From positions 81,699 to 145,698 of IMG/VR virus record IMGVR_UViG_3300047557_004034: a DNA stretch of 64,000 nucleotides, one strand, 5' to 3'. This DNA comes from a virus. Below the pieces are notes generated by a model. That model searched no databases, was not told the origin of the DNA, and was given only the letters and a program-made list of their open reading frames with translations. A program made the translations under genes and the position numbers. Shown here piece after piece: positions 11,045 through 21,642 of the stretch; within the stretch, counting starts at the first letter, position 1, and every line of letters starts with the position of its first letter.

Positions 11045-11344
11045 ATGGCAAACGAACTTACTTTAGATTTATCACAAGATGTCCCTAATGCTCTTACTGC
11101 TATTGCAGACCAAGAAAGAGCAAAATTAATACCTAAAAACGATTATAATGCCGTTGGTAATGAATACTCTTCAGTAAACAGAGACGCAGTTGCTGATGGT
11201 GATAATAAAGGTAGAGGTACTGGAGTTTATTTAGACGTATACAACCAAAGTGCTGGTGATAAAACAGACATCGCAGAAAGACAAAACGAAATCAAAATCA
11301 ACAAATTTAACGCACAAAAACCCTATCCTAACTTCCAGTTATGA
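11045..11344 (+). CDS. Hypothetical protein
   Basis: 99-aa ORF with tight operon spacing. Confidence 0.7.
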   Translation: MANELTLDLSQDVPNALTAIADQERAKLIPKNDYNAVGNEYSSVNRDAVADGDNKGRGTGVYLDVYNQSAGDKTDIAERQNEIKINKFNAQKPYPNFQL

Positions 11345-11721
11345 GACTAAACACAACACTTAAGAATTTAATTGTTGAAATCGCCTCAATCGAGAGCGTA
11401 GTTGATTGCATCAAAAACAAAAAGAAATGCATTATCTACTACGATGGTGATGAACCTGGTGGACGTGGTCTGAGGGAAATAGAACCTGTTTGTTTAGGAA
11501 CAAGTAAAGCAGGTAACAAAGTATTAAGAGCTTGGGACGAAGAAGGTGCGTCACACACAGGATATAAAGGGGAACAACCCCTCCCGGGTTGGAGGTTATT
11601 TAGATTGGACAAAATACTTTCACTGAAACCAACTGGTGAAAATTTTTCAGAAATGAAACCAAATTTTAATCCAAATGGTGACAAAAGCATGACAAATGTT
11701 ATTATTGTAGCAAAATTTTAA
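11341..11721 (+). CDS. Stand-alone WYL-domain protein
   Basis: IYY...REIEPVCLG...LRAWD...WRLFRLDKI matches the WYL pattern (R.vePy.L, l.aw, R.FRlDRI). No HTH is apparent. Confidence 0.75.
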   Translation: MRLNTTLKNLIVEIASIESVVDCIKNKKKCIIYYDGDEPGGRGLREIEPVCLGTSKAGNKVLRAWDEEGASHTGYKGEQPLPGWRLFRLDKILSLKPTGENFSEMKPNFNPNGDKSMTNVIIVAKF

Positions 11722-11723
11722 TT

Positions 11724-12287
11724 ATGGAACAATTAATGCAAAAACTTATGGTATCAAAAGCAATAATGGATAAAACCAATAATATTGCTAGAGGTGCAAC
11801 ACAAGGGGTTTCACTCCCTTCAACAGAATTACAAAGTTTTCAACCAACTGACGCAAAATATAATATTCCACAAGAGTTTCTTGGGGAAGCACCAATCTCT
11901 CGACCAACTAAAAATCCTTCAGTCCCAACTGTTGATGCAATCAAGAATTCTAAGTTACCTGATGCAATTAAAAAGTTGATGATTGAACATCCCATAGTTC
12001 CACCACAAATGCAGACAGGTCCAACTCTTTCTAATGAACTTGTGGAAAAAGCATCAAGGTTAATGAAAGATTCAAAACAAAATAATATTACACCAACAAC
12101 ATCACAACAACAAATTCCTTCTAATATACCTAACCTCGAAAAGATGGTTGAAAATGCTGTCAGAAAAGTTTTAAAAGAAGAAGGACTTTTAACAGAATCA
12201 GAGGAAAAAACTAGTGAGGTTTTTAGTTTCAAAGTAGGGAAACACATTTTTGAAGGAAAAGTTACCAAAATCAAAAAACTACAGTAA
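11724..12287 (+). CDS. Hypothetical protein
   Basis: 187-aa ORF in the same operon. Confidence 0.7.
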   Translation: MEQLMQKLMVSKAIMDKTNNIARGATQGVSLPSTELQSFQPTDAKYNIPQEFLGEAPISRPTKNPSVPTVDAIKNSKLPDAIKKLMIEHPIVPPQMQTGPTLSNELVEKASRLMKDSKQNNITPTTSQQQIPSNIPNLEKMVENAVRKVLKEEGLLTESEEKTSEVFSFKVGKHIFEGKVTKIKKLQ

Positions 12288-12340
12288 GACTTTTTTTATT
12301 GAGAAAACAAAACTATATTTTGACATAGAAATAAAATAAT

Positions 12341-13552
12341 ATGTCAAAAATTAAAGTTTTATGTTTACCGTCCGACCGAACAGGTGTCGGAAAATTTAGG
12401 TCTGTTGACCCTCATATTGCATTACAAAATCAATATCCTGATGATTTTCACGTAGATATCGTATATGACCCCCCAATGGAAGACGATAACTTTTGGAAAG
12501 GTTATGATATTATTTCCTACCACAGAAGTATCGGTACCGACTTCGATTTAGGTAATTTAATGATTAAAAAACTAAACAGTATGGGTATACCTACTGTTTG
12601 CGATATTGATGATTATTGGATGCCAGGTAAAGAACACCCAATTCATGACATAATCAGGGTAAATAAAATCAACGAAAAGATTGTTAACAATATACGTGAT
12701 TCAAAATATGTCACAACAACGACAACTTTATTTGCAGACGAAATAAAGAAGACAAATAAGAATGTTACAATTTTTCCCAATGGGATAAATCCAAACGAAG
12801 CCCAATTTAAAGAACCCACACCTGAATCTGATAGAATCAGAGTTGGGTGGTTAGGTGGTTCTTCACATCTTCATGATTTACAACTTTTGGAACAATCGTT
12901 CAGTAAATTGATTCCTTTGAAAGATAAAGTTCAATATGTTCTTTGTGGTTTTGATACCAGAGGAAGTGTTACTGAAATTAATAAGGAAACAGGAGAACAA
13001 AAAAGAAGAGATATTAAACCTGAGGAAACTGTGTGGGCAACTTATGAAAAAATATTCACTCAAAATTTTCAGATTATATCAGAAGACTACAAAAAACATC
13101 TTTTGAATTATAACCAAGATGAATACTCTGACATGGTAAATGAATCGTATAGGAGAGTATGGACTCAACCCGTGACATCTTATGCAAAAAATTATTCCAA
13201 ATTTGATATTTCTTTGGCTCCGCTAAAAAATCATATGTTTAACAGAATGAAATCTCAATTGAAAGTAATTGAATCAGGTTTCTATAAAAAAGCATTAATT
13301 GCATCAAATTTAGGTCCTTACACAATAGATTTGAAACATTGTTTAAAAAATGGTAACTTTGTCGACGGTAATGCTTTATTAGTAGATGAAAACCGTAACC
13401 ACTCTGATTGGGCTAAGTATATCGAAAAACTTGTGAAAAACCCTAACTTAATCAAAGATATGGGTGAAAGATTGTATGAGACAGTTAAAGATATCTATGA
13501 CCTTAAAGTTATTACCAAAAACAGAGCAGAATTCTATAAATCTATTATATGA
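12341..13552 (+). CDS. GT-B fold glycosyltransferase (GT4-like)
   Basis: CDIDDYW, RVGWLGGSSHLHDL, DISLAPL..FNRMKSQLKVIE, IAS..GPY. Confidence 0.85.
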   Translation: MSKIKVLCLPSDRTGVGKFRSVDPHIALQNQYPDDFHVDIVYDPPMEDDNFWKGYDIISYHRSIGTDFDLGNLMIKKLNSMGIPTVCDIDDYWMPGKEHPIHDIIRVNKINEKIVNNIRDSKYVTTTTTLFADEIKKTNKNVTIFPNGINPNEAQFKEPTPESDRIRVGWLGGSSHLHDLQLLEQSFSKLIPLKDKVQYVLCGFDTRGSVTEINKETGEQKRRDIKPEETVWATYEKIFTQNFQIISEDYKKHLLNYNQDEYSDMVNESYRRVWTQPVTSYAKNYSKFDISLAPLKNHMFNRMKSQLKVIESGFYKKALIASNLGPYTIDLKHCLKNGNFVDGNALLVDENRNHSDWAKYIEKLVKNPNLIKDMGERLYETVKDIYDLKVITKNRAEFYKSII

Positions 13553-14250
13553 TAAATTTACCCGTAGAGAAACTTTTGTTCATTGATATTGAAACAGTTG
13601 GATGTGCATCGACTTTATCTGATTTGAAAAAAAATGATGAAAAGTTATATTCACTGTTTGAACATTACGAGTCTTGGTTTAAAAAAAGGTTCCCTGAAGA
13701 TTCCAATTTAACCTTGGAGGAACTATTCATTTCAAGAAGTGCATTAGTTCCTGAGTTCAACAGAATTGTCTGTGTATGTTTAGGACTTGTAGATATGAAA
13801 GGAAACTTTAAGACAACCGTTATTTCAAATATCGATGAAAAGAAATTACTTGAGGATACTAAAAAAACATTGGTAAAGTGTGGCGAAATGGGATATTGGT
13901 TGTGTGGTCATAACGTTAAGAATTTTGATATTCCAGTATTAGGTAAGAGGATGGTTATCAACGGTTTGATGCCTCCTAAAATTTTGCCTTCATTTGATAC
14001 TAAACCATGGGAAGTTAAAGCTGTAGATACAAGAGACGTATGGCAATTTGGGCAATATGCCTCGATATCCACTTTGGACTTAATGTGTGGTGTGATGGGT
14101 GTAGAATCTTCAAAATCAGAAGATATGGATGGTTCTAAAGTCCACGACAACTTTTGGAATAAAAAAGATTATAGTAAAATAAACGAATACTGCGAGAAAG
14201 ACGTTCAAGTTTTATATAACGTAGTTTCAAAATTTATAAATTTAAAATAA
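13549..14250 (+). CDS. DEDD 3'-5' exonuclease (PolB-proofreading-like, stand-alone)
   Basis: ExoI FIDIETV, ExoII GHNVKNFDIP, ExoIII YCEKDV. Confidence 0.85.
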   Translation: MINLPVEKLLFIDIETVGCASTLSDLKKNDEKLYSLFEHYESWFKKRFPEDSNLTLEELFISRSALVPEFNRIVCVCLGLVDMKGNFKTTVISNIDEKKLLEDTKKTLVKCGEMGYWLCGHNVKNFDIPVLGKRMVINGLMPPKILPSFDTKPWEVKAVDTRDVWQFGQYASISTLDLMCGVMGVESSKSEDMDGSKVHDNFWNKKDYSKINEYCEKDVQVLYNVVSKFINLK

Positions 14251-14852
14251 TGGATAAAGAATTATTCAATTTAGTACAAAAAGAATTCGATAGACTCAAA
14301 AAAAATTATGGTATCGGTGATGCAGAACTCAGAGAAGAAGACATTGAAAACATATTAGGTATTTCTGTAGATGAGCTCGAGAAGGAGTATGCATCAAATA
14401 GTCATAAACATATATTAGAGATAGAATCAATTCATCCCGATAGTGTTATGCCAACCTACGCGTTTGAGTCTGACTCAGGTTTCGACCTTTGTTCTGTCGA
14501 AGAAATTACAATTCCCCCAATGGGTAGAGCATTAGTTCCCACTGGACTCAAATTTGGAATTCCTGAAGCAACTGAAATTCAAATAAGACCCAAAAGTGGT
14601 TTGGCAATAAACCAAGGAATTACTGTATTAAACACACCAGGAACTGTCGATTCAGGATATAACGGAGAAATTAAAGTTATTATTTTCAATAGTTCTTCAA
14701 ACACCTGTACCATTAAAAAAGGAATGAAAGTTGCCCAAGCGGTTCTATGTCCTGTTTTTTCGGGTAAGTTTGTAACATTAGAAAAAGTTGATAAAATCGG
14801 GGAGAAAGACAGAGGAGAAAATGGATTTGGGAGTACTGGTTTAAATTTATAA
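14250..14852 (+). CDS. dut: Trimeric dUTPase with N-terminal extension
   Basis: SGFDL, RPKSGLA, GTVDSGYNGEI, VAQAV, RGENGFGSTG. Confidence 0.95.
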   Translation: MDKELFNLVQKEFDRLKKNYGIGDAELREEDIENILGISVDELEKEYASNSHKHILEIESIHPDSVMPTYAFESDSGFDLCSVEEITIPPMGRALVPTGLKFGIPEATEIQIRPKSGLAINQGITVLNTPGTVDSGYNGEIKVIIFNSSSNTCTIKKGMKVAQAVLCPVFSGKFVTLEKVDKIGEKDRGENGFGSTGLNL

Positions 14853-14856
14853 TTTT

Positions 14857-16494
14857 ATGTCACTAACAATTGGATTTTCAACAAGAAGGAAGAACCCTGA
14901 ATTTGTGGAGTATTTAAAACAAAGTTCAGGATTTAAAAAAATTCAAGTAATTGAAAAAATTAACAACGGTGAAAAATCCCTCAGTCAAGTATATAACGAA
15001 ATACTTTCTGAGTCGGAAAATGATATAGTTGTTCTTTGTCACGATGACATATATTTTGACACACCGTCTTGGTACTACAAGATTATCAAACATTTCACAA
15101 AAACAGATTTTGGTATATTAGGTGTTGCAGGAACAACAGATTTATCAGAAACTGGACAATGGTGGGTAACGAACAAAAGAAGGAACATGGTCGGGATTGT
15201 CAATCATGAAAATGAAGGAAAGAAATGGGAATCGAAATATTCTGAAAATTCAAATAATTCAATAATTCCAACAGTCATAGTTGATGGTTTATTTATTGCA
15301 GTAAACAAAAAAAGATTAAACTCAGGATTTATCGAAGAATTTGAAGGATTTCACTTTTATGATTTATCATTTTGTTTAGAAAACTTTTTAAAAGGAACCA
15401 AAGTAGGAGTTATAACAAATATTAGAATTACACACAAATCTATTGGGATGACCAATGACCAATGGGAACAAAATAGAATTAAGTTTGTTCAAAAATACAA
15501 AAATAACCTACCAACAAAAGTTCCATTTAATGTTAATAAAAAAATAAAAGTTTTAATAGGATGTTTATTTTTCCGAAATTTTACAGGTTCCGAACTGTAT
15601 GTCTATGAGTTAGCCAAAAACTTAATTACATTAAATTGCGACGTAACAATAATCTCGCAAATAGGGGGGCCTCTAACAGATATGGCAAAAAGATTAGGAA
15701 TAAAATGTGTGTCTTTTGAACAGGCTCCAGGATTCAAATTAGGAGACGGTAAGTGGGAATTTAATGGTCCAAATGGAATTGAAAAATCAAAACCAAATGT
15801 GATGTATAAGGTATCGGATGTAAATTTTGATTTGATTCATATACAACACCGACCAGTTGCGGAAAGGTTGTGTGAATTTTATCCTGATATTGACAAAATC
15901 TACACAATACACTCAGAAATAATAGAACTGGAACACCCAATCAAACATGAGTCAATAAAAAAATATATTGCTATCAGACCTGAAATAAAAAATTACATAG
16001 TCAATGATTTTGAAATTCCTGAAGAAATGGTCGAAGTTATATATAATCCCGTCGATAATGAAAAATTCAAACCTAAACAGGGTCAGATTAAACCTTCTTT
16101 ACTCTTTGTTGGGACTATAGACTATTTGAGAAGAGAAACCATTATGGATTTATTAGATTATACCAAACAAAATGATAAGGAACTTTGGTTGATGGGGGAA
16201 GATAAAAGTAATTATCTTTCTATTCTACAGGAACAACCAAATGTTAAATATTTCAAACCGTCATGGAATGTTGAATCTTTGATTAATCAATGTGAAGAAA
16301 CTGCAGGTATCCAATTAGGGAGAACAACTATTGAAAGTTGGATGTGCGGTAAACCAAGTTGGATATACAAAGTTAATTCATTTGGTGTGGTAGAATCAAA
16401 AGAAAAATTCGAACCTCCACAGGATTTGGAAAAATATCATTCATTGAATGTGTCAAAAAAAATTAAAGAAAAATACTTAGAAATATTATTATAA
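14857..16494 (+). CDS. Bifunctional glycosyltransferase (GT-A N-terminal + GT-B C-terminal)
   Basis: N-half: YNEIL..VLCHDD, DGLFIA, GFHFYD. C-half: TGSELYVYELA, IYNPVD, GRTTIESWMCG. Confidence 0.8.
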   Translation: MSLTIGFSTRRKNPEFVEYLKQSSGFKKIQVIEKINNGEKSLSQVYNEILSESENDIVVLCHDDIYFDTPSWYYKIIKHFTKTDFGILGVAGTTDLSETGQWWVTNKRRNMVGIVNHENEGKKWESKYSENSNNSIIPTVIVDGLFIAVNKKRLNSGFIEEFEGFHFYDLSFCLENFLKGTKVGVITNIRITHKSIGMTNDQWEQNRIKFVQKYKNNLPTKVPFNVNKKIKVLIGCLFFRNFTGSELYVYELAKNLITLNCDVTIISQIGGPLTDMAKRLGIKCVSFEQAPGFKLGDGKWEFNGPNGIEKSKPNVMYKVSDVNFDLIHIQHRPVAERLCEFYPDIDKIYTIHSEIIELEHPIKHESIKKYIAIRPEIKNYIVNDFEIPEEMVEVIYNPVDNEKFKPKQGQIKPSLLFVGTIDYLRRETIMDLLDYTKQNDKELWLMGEDKSNYLSILQEQPNVKYFKPSWNVESLINQCEETAGIQLGRTTIESWMCGKPSWIYKVNSFGVVESKEKFEPPQDLEKYHSLNVSKKIKEKYLEILL

Positions 16495-16496
16495 AA

Positions 16497-17279
16497 ATGA
16501 AATTATACAATAAATTTATTATAATAGTTCCAGTTTATAATGCAAAAAATTTGATTGTTGACTGTTTATCATCAATATTCACACAATCATTTGAAGATTT
16601 GGGTGTAATAATTAGAGATGATTGTTCTACTGACGGTACTGATATTGAAATAAAAAAATTTTTAGGAGTTGACGGTGATGAAGTAATTTCTAAGTTTAAT
16701 AACAAAGACTTTATTTTTATCAAGAATCAAAAAAAACTATACCCTGTCGGAAATACGTATGAAAGTGTCATCAACTTTGTTGATAATCAAGAATCAATAA
16801 TAGGCGTTGTTGATGGAGATGACAAACTCTATGTAAGAACCGCAGTTTCCAAAATAAATAAAGTTTATGAAAACGAAAATAAATGGATGGTATGGTCACA
16901 ACACCAAAATTCCAGTGGTGGAATAGGGTCATCAAAACCATTACCTGAAAATGACATAATTTATTCGAGTAGAAATTATTGGTCTGTTACTCATTTCAGG
17001 ACTTCCAAGTGTTTCTTATTCCACAAATTAAACAAAGAGGATTTGATGGACCCTTTTGATAAAGACACATACTTCAAGTTTTGTGGTGACGCATCTTTTT
17101 TATATCCATTCTGCGAAATGTGTGGAAACGAAAAATCATTCTTCTTAAATGAAATTTTATACTACTACAATAATACACTTCCAACCAATGAGCATAATAA
17201 AAACTTCAACATGGCAGTCAAGTATGGATTACACGTAAAATCCAATGGAAAAAAATATACTAAATTATTTATTTCATAA
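16497..17279 (+). CDS. GT2 family glycosyltransferase
   Basis: IIVPVYNA, DDCSTDGT, VDGDD. Confidence 0.9.
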   Translation: MKLYNKFIIIVPVYNAKNLIVDCLSSIFTQSFEDLGVIIRDDCSTDGTDIEIKKFLGVDGDEVISKFNNKDFIFIKNQKKLYPVGNTYESVINFVDNQESIIGVVDGDDKLYVRTAVSKINKVYENENKWMVWSQHQNSSGGIGSSKPLPENDIIYSSRNYWSVTHFRTSKCFLFHKLNKEDLMDPFDKDTYFKFCGDASFLYPFCEMCGNEKSFFLNEILYYYNNTLPTNEHNKNFNMAVKYGLHVKSNGKKYTKLFIS

Positions 17280-17303
17280 AATTTGGTTTTAAAATAAAAT
17301 AAA

Positions 17304-17966
17304 ATGAATGAAGTTACAGTTGTTTTCACATCATGTGGAAGATTTGGTTTTTTAAAAGAAACTGTCGATTCTTTTTTATCTCAAAACACTTATCCTATTA
17401 AAGAGTATATTGTAATTGAAAATTCGGGAAATTCTCAATCCTTTTTCGAACTCAGTAATATTTTCAAAAACATAGAAAACGTCAAGATTATCATTAATGA
17501 GCAAAACATAGGACAAGTTTCTAGTATTGATAAAGCCTATGAATTCGTAGAAACGGATTATATTTTTCATTGTGAAGACGATTGGAAATTTATTAATTCA
17601 GGATTCATCGAAAAATCTTTGGATATTTTGATTGAAGTTCCTAACATTAGTAATGTGAATATTAGGAGAAGGAATGACAACTCCAAAGGTAGTTTTCATC
17701 CTATAGTGGGTCCATTTAAATTGAAAAACCAATCAAAATACTACATTTATCAACAAAATTATCTTGGGGAGTGGCACGGATTCTCGTGGAACCCAGGTTT
17801 AAGGAGAAATAAAGAGTATCAATTAGTGAAGCCATATAAGCAATATACAAATGAACAAGGTGTAAATCAAAAAATGAAAGAGCTTGGTTTCTTTTCCGCT
17901 TGTTTAGAGGATTCTTATTGTATTCACATAGGAGAAAATAGTTCAACATTTAAAGCAAATATGTAA
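17304..17966 (+). CDS. GT2-like glycosyltransferase
   Basis: TSCGRF..L..T..SF, NIGQ..SID, YIFHCEDDW, FSWNPGLRR, HIG. Confidence 0.8.
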   Translation: MNEVTVVFTSCGRFGFLKETVDSFLSQNTYPIKEYIVIENSGNSQSFFELSNIFKNIENVKIIINEQNIGQVSSIDKAYEFVETDYIFHCEDDWKFINSGFIEKSLDILIEVPNISNVNIRRRNDNSKGSFHPIVGPFKLKNQSKYYIYQQNYLGEWHGFSWNPGLRRNKEYQLVKPYKQYTNEQGVNQKMKELGFFSACLEDSYCIHIGENSSTFKANM

Positions 17967-18913
17967 TGAAAAAAATTCTAATCACAGGAGGAAGTGGTTT
18001 TTTAGGAAGGAACTTAGCCTTAAGACTAAAAAACGACTATGAAGTATTTCTTGCTTCAAGAAATAACAAACAAAATTTTAGTTCAGGTAACTTTACAGGA
18101 TGTAAGGTTTTACCTATGGACGTATCAAGCATAGAATCTGTCAGAGATGTCTTTTCTGAAGTTAAACCAGATATCGTTATTCACGCAGCCGCAACTAAAT
18201 TTGTTGATTTGTGTGAGAGGTTTCCAATGGAAACTATAGATGTTAATGTTATCGGTTCTCAAAATGTCGCAAGAGTTGCAATCGAAAAAAATGTTGAAAT
18301 TGTAGTTGGTATATCAACAGATAAAGCAGCACCACCTATTCGAAATATATACGGGTTGAGTAAATCTACAATGGAAAAACTTTTTTGTTCCATGAACGAA
18401 AAATCTAAAACAAAGTTTACCTGTGTTAGATATGGTAATGTTGTTTGGTCCACAGGCTCTGCATTTCCGATATGGAAAACTATGTTAGAAAAAGATGGCA
18501 TAATAAAATCAACCGGACCTGAAATGAGGAGGTTTTTCTTCACAGTTGAACAAGCGGTTCAGTTAGTCATAGATGCAATAAACAATATAGACAAAATAAA
18601 AGGAAAAGTTTTATCAAGAGAAATGAAGTCCGCTCAAATTAGTGACATACTTGATGTATGGGTAGAACTTTATGGCGGAAGGTGGGAGCAATCTGAAGGT
18701 AGACCAGGAGAAAGAAATGATGAATATTTGGTCGGAGAGATTGAATTAGAATACTCTACAAAAGAAGATATAAATGATGTTTCCCACTACATTATAAGTC
18801 CAAACACTAAATCTAATGAAAAGTTAACACAAGTATTTCATTCAGGTAACTCTCCAAGATTGACTAAAGAAGAAATAATTAATTTGATTTTAGCAAAACC
18901 TGATGTTTTATAA
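17966..18913 (+). CDS. NDP-sugar 4,6-dehydratase (PseB/CapD-like SDR)
   Basis: TGGSGFLG, HAAA.K, STDKA, YGLSK, RYGNV, RPGE. Confidence 0.9.
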   Translation: MKKILITGGSGFLGRNLALRLKNDYEVFLASRNNKQNFSSGNFTGCKVLPMDVSSIESVRDVFSEVKPDIVIHAAATKFVDLCERFPMETIDVNVIGSQNVARVAIEKNVEIVVGISTDKAAPPIRNIYGLSKSTMEKLFCSMNEKSKTKFTCVRYGNVVWSTGSAFPIWKTMLEKDGIIKSTGPEMRRFFFTVEQAVQLVIDAINNIDKIKGKVLSREMKSAQISDILDVWVELYGGRWEQSEGRPGERNDEYLVGEIELEYSTKEDINDVSHYIISPNTKSNEKLTQVFHSGNSPRLTKEEIINLILAKPDVL

Positions 18914-19560
18914 TGTTTGAAAATTCAGTTATTATTGCGGGAGGTGTCGGTTCAAGAATGAGACCTTTGACAAATTATATTCCCAAGGCGGTTGTAGAAA
19001 TAAATGGAACTCCTTTGATTCACAATTCTATCGAATTGTTGTCCACATATAATATTAATATATACGTAACCTACAATTATCTTCCTAACTTTATTTTCGA
19101 AAAAGTGAATTCGAGAGTTAAAGGATTTATAAATACAATAAATCAAGATAACTCTTACTTCCTTTTCAACAGCTTTATTAAAAATTTAAACGAACCAATT
19201 ATTGTTCTCCCTTGTGATATAAAAATAGAGATAGACTTGAATCAAGTTTATAATGATTACTTTGAAAAAGGGGAACCAGCGATTATGATTATTGCTACAA
19301 CTCCTGTGAATGGAGTTGATGGTGATTACATAGAGGAAGATGAAAATAACAATATTACTTCACTCAGTCGAACAATGGAAACAAAAAAATATTGTAGCGG
19401 TGTCCAAATAATAAACCCATACAAAGTTAATCAACTATCAGAATCCCATAATAATTTTTACAGTGTTTGGGAATCGTTGATTGAAAAAAAGGAACTAAAA
19501 TTAAGTAGTATTTTACCTAATTCTTGGAACTCTTATGATGAAATAAAACAGATAAATTAA
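18913..19560 (+). CDS. Sugar-phosphate nucleotidyltransferase
   Basis: IIAGGVGSRMRPLT..IPKA signature. Confidence 0.85.
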   Translation: MFENSVIIAGGVGSRMRPLTNYIPKAVVEINGTPLIHNSIELLSTYNINIYVTYNYLPNFIFEKVNSRVKGFINTINQDNSYFLFNSFIKNLNEPIIVLPCDIKIEIDLNQVYNDYFEKGEPAIMIIATTPVNGVDGDYIEEDENNNITSLSRTMETKKYCSGVQIINPYKVNQLSESHNNFYSVWESLIEKKELKLSSILPNSWNSYDEIKQIN

Positions 19561-19566
19561 CAAACT

Positions 19567-20166
19567 ATGAATTTAGATTTTATATTAGAAAAAACACTAA
19601 ATGGACAAGGTGACTCTGATAGGCATTTGATTACATTATTTAGTATTGTGGTTGGTTCCAAAGCAAAAAATATATTGGAGCTTGGAGTCCGTAACGGAGA
19701 TACTACATTACCATTTTTATTAGCAGCAAAATTAAATCAAGGTAAGGTCTATTCTGTTGATATAGATGATACTAATTTTGTTGTTCCCGATGAACTGCAA
19801 CCATATTGGCAATTTACAAAGATTGATGCAATACAATATTTGGAAAATTGGGACAGTTCTCAAAGTTTGGACATAGTTTACATTGATGATTGGCACTCGT
19901 ACGACCATGTGAAAAAAGAGTTATCTATTTTAGATAAATTAGTTTCCCCGTCAACAGTAATTTTAATACATGACTTAATGTACGGTGGAACTTGGCCCTT
20001 TTATCATTCAGATATTACTTTGAAAGATGGTCAGTGGGCAAACGGTGGACCTTACAGAGCTGTTGCGGAACTAGACCCCCAATTTTGGGAATTCTCAACC
20101 TTACCATGGAATAACGGTCTCACAATCTTAAGAAAAAAATATTCTAATAAATTTAAACAAAGATAA
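19567..20166 (+). CDS. Class I SAM-dependent methyltransferase (Methyltransf_24-like)
   Basis: ILELGVRNGDT, YSVDI, YIDDWHSY, LIHD. Confidence 0.85.
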   Translation: MNLDFILEKTLNGQGDSDRHLITLFSIVVGSKAKNILELGVRNGDTTLPFLLAAKLNQGKVYSVDIDDTNFVVPDELQPYWQFTKIDAIQYLENWDSSQSLDIVYIDDWHSYDHVKKELSILDKLVSPSTVILIHDLMYGGTWPFYHSDITLKDGQWANGGPYRAVAELDPQFWEFSTLPWNNGLTILRKKYSNKFKQR

Positions 20167-20170
20167 CACA

Positions 20171-20860
20171 ATGAAAAAAGAAAAAATATTAATCATACTT
20201 CCCACTAAACAAAGATTGAACGATTTCGAAACGTTCGCAGAATCATGGATGACTACGACAAAAGGAAAAAGTGACGTTTTGGTTGCAATAGATTTAGAGG
20301 ATAAAACATATGATACTGTTAAGGAAAAATACCCATTTATTTATGAAAAAGTGGAACCCTCAAGTGTATTAGAAATACTCAATCAAATGGCCGTAAAATA
20401 TTCTAAAGAATATAAATTTATTTCTTTTATGGAAGATGATTGTGTCTTTGTTACTGAAAATTGGGAAGACTCATTTATAAATAAATTAAATGAAATTGGT
20501 GACTATGGTATAGTTTGGGGTAACGATTTAATTAACCGACATCAGATTGTAGGTTTACCATTTTTAGACTCTAAAATAGTCGATGTCCTTGGTTATATGT
20601 CTCCACCTGAATTAAAATACCTTTGGGTTGATTATTTTTGGAAACAACTTGGAGCGGATTTAGGGACTTTATTTTATTTCCCTGAAATAATTGTTGAGCA
20701 TAGGCATTATTCATCAGGAAAAAGACAAAAAGATGAAATTAGTGATGTAGTTGATAGTCATGGTTTAATTGATATGAAATCATACCATGAAAATTACCTG
20801 AAAAATAGGTATCGTTCAGATTTACAAAAATTAATTAATCAGAGACAACGAAATAGTTGA
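20171..20860 (+). CDS. GT-A fold glycosyltransferase-like
   Basis: ILPTKQR, FMEDDCVF...W, Y..VD, VEHRHY. Confidence 0.7.
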   Translation: MKKEKILIILPTKQRLNDFETFAESWMTTTKGKSDVLVAIDLEDKTYDTVKEKYPFIYEKVEPSSVLEILNQMAVKYSKEYKFISFMEDDCVFVTENWEDSFINKLNEIGDYGIVWGNDLINRHQIVGLPFLDSKIVDVLGYMSPPELKYLWVDYFWKQLGADLGTLFYFPEIIVEHRHYSSGKRQKDEISDVVDSHGLIDMKSYHENYLKNRYRSDLQKLINQRQRNS

Positions 20861-21642
20861 TGATGAAAAACAGAGATTTATGGATACCCAACCCATCTTT
20901 GGGAACAGATTTTTTTAGAGTCTGTAGTGAAATAATTAGTAAGGAAGATTTGTTTAAAACTTTTAAGAGGAATCCTAGATTTTGTAATATAATCGGTAAT
21001 GATGTCAGGTCAAAATCAATTTCTGATGTTTTATTTGACAGATTAATTCTAAGTGACTCAGATATTATATATAATATTGAAAAATTTAAAACTAATGACC
21101 TTTACGGTGACCCCTACATGTATCATTATCCCAAAATTGGTTCTATTTCCCCAGGCACACTTTATTTTATCGACATTTTAAGACAGATTATTAATCATTT
21201 TGGGAACATAAATCGTTTCAATATAGTAGAAATAGGAAGTGGATATGGTGGACAAGCAAAAATAATTTTAGACCAAGGTGTCAATTCATACACTTGTATT
21301 GATGTAAAAGAACCATTATTTTTATGTAAAAAATATCTATCACTTTTCAATTATGATAATGTTCAATATCAAGAATGGAATAGCATTAAATCATCAGAAT
21401 ATAACTTAGTAATTTCAAATTGGTGTTTGAGCGAGTTCAACGAAGAAGGTATTAATTATTATGTTGAAAGTGTTATCAAAAAATGTAATTTTGGTTTTTT
21501 TTTAATGAATGTTTGGGACACTGATGAGAGAAAAAAATACATTATTAACAAATTAAAAGAAATTTTCAATACTGTGGAAATATTACCAGAAGAACCCAAA
21601 ACTCATCAAAATAATAATTTTTTATTAATCGGAAAAAAATGA
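20857..21642 (+). CDS. Putative sugar O-methyltransferase
   Basis: ND.YG.P, IVEIGSGYGGQ, LVISNWCLSE. Confidence 0.8.
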   Translation: MMMKNRDLWIPNPSLGTDFFRVCSEIISKEDLFKTFKRNPRFCNIIGNDVRSKSISDVLFDRLILSDSDIIYNIEKFKTNDLYGDPYMYHYPKIGSISPGTLYFIDILRQIINHFGNINRFNIVEIGSGYGGQAKIILDQGVNSYTCIDVKEPLFLCKKYLSLFNYDNVQYQEWNSIKSSEYNLVISNWCLSEFNEEGINYYVESVIKKCNFGFFLMNVWDTDERKKYIINKLKEIFNTVEILPEEPKTHQNNNFLLIGKK

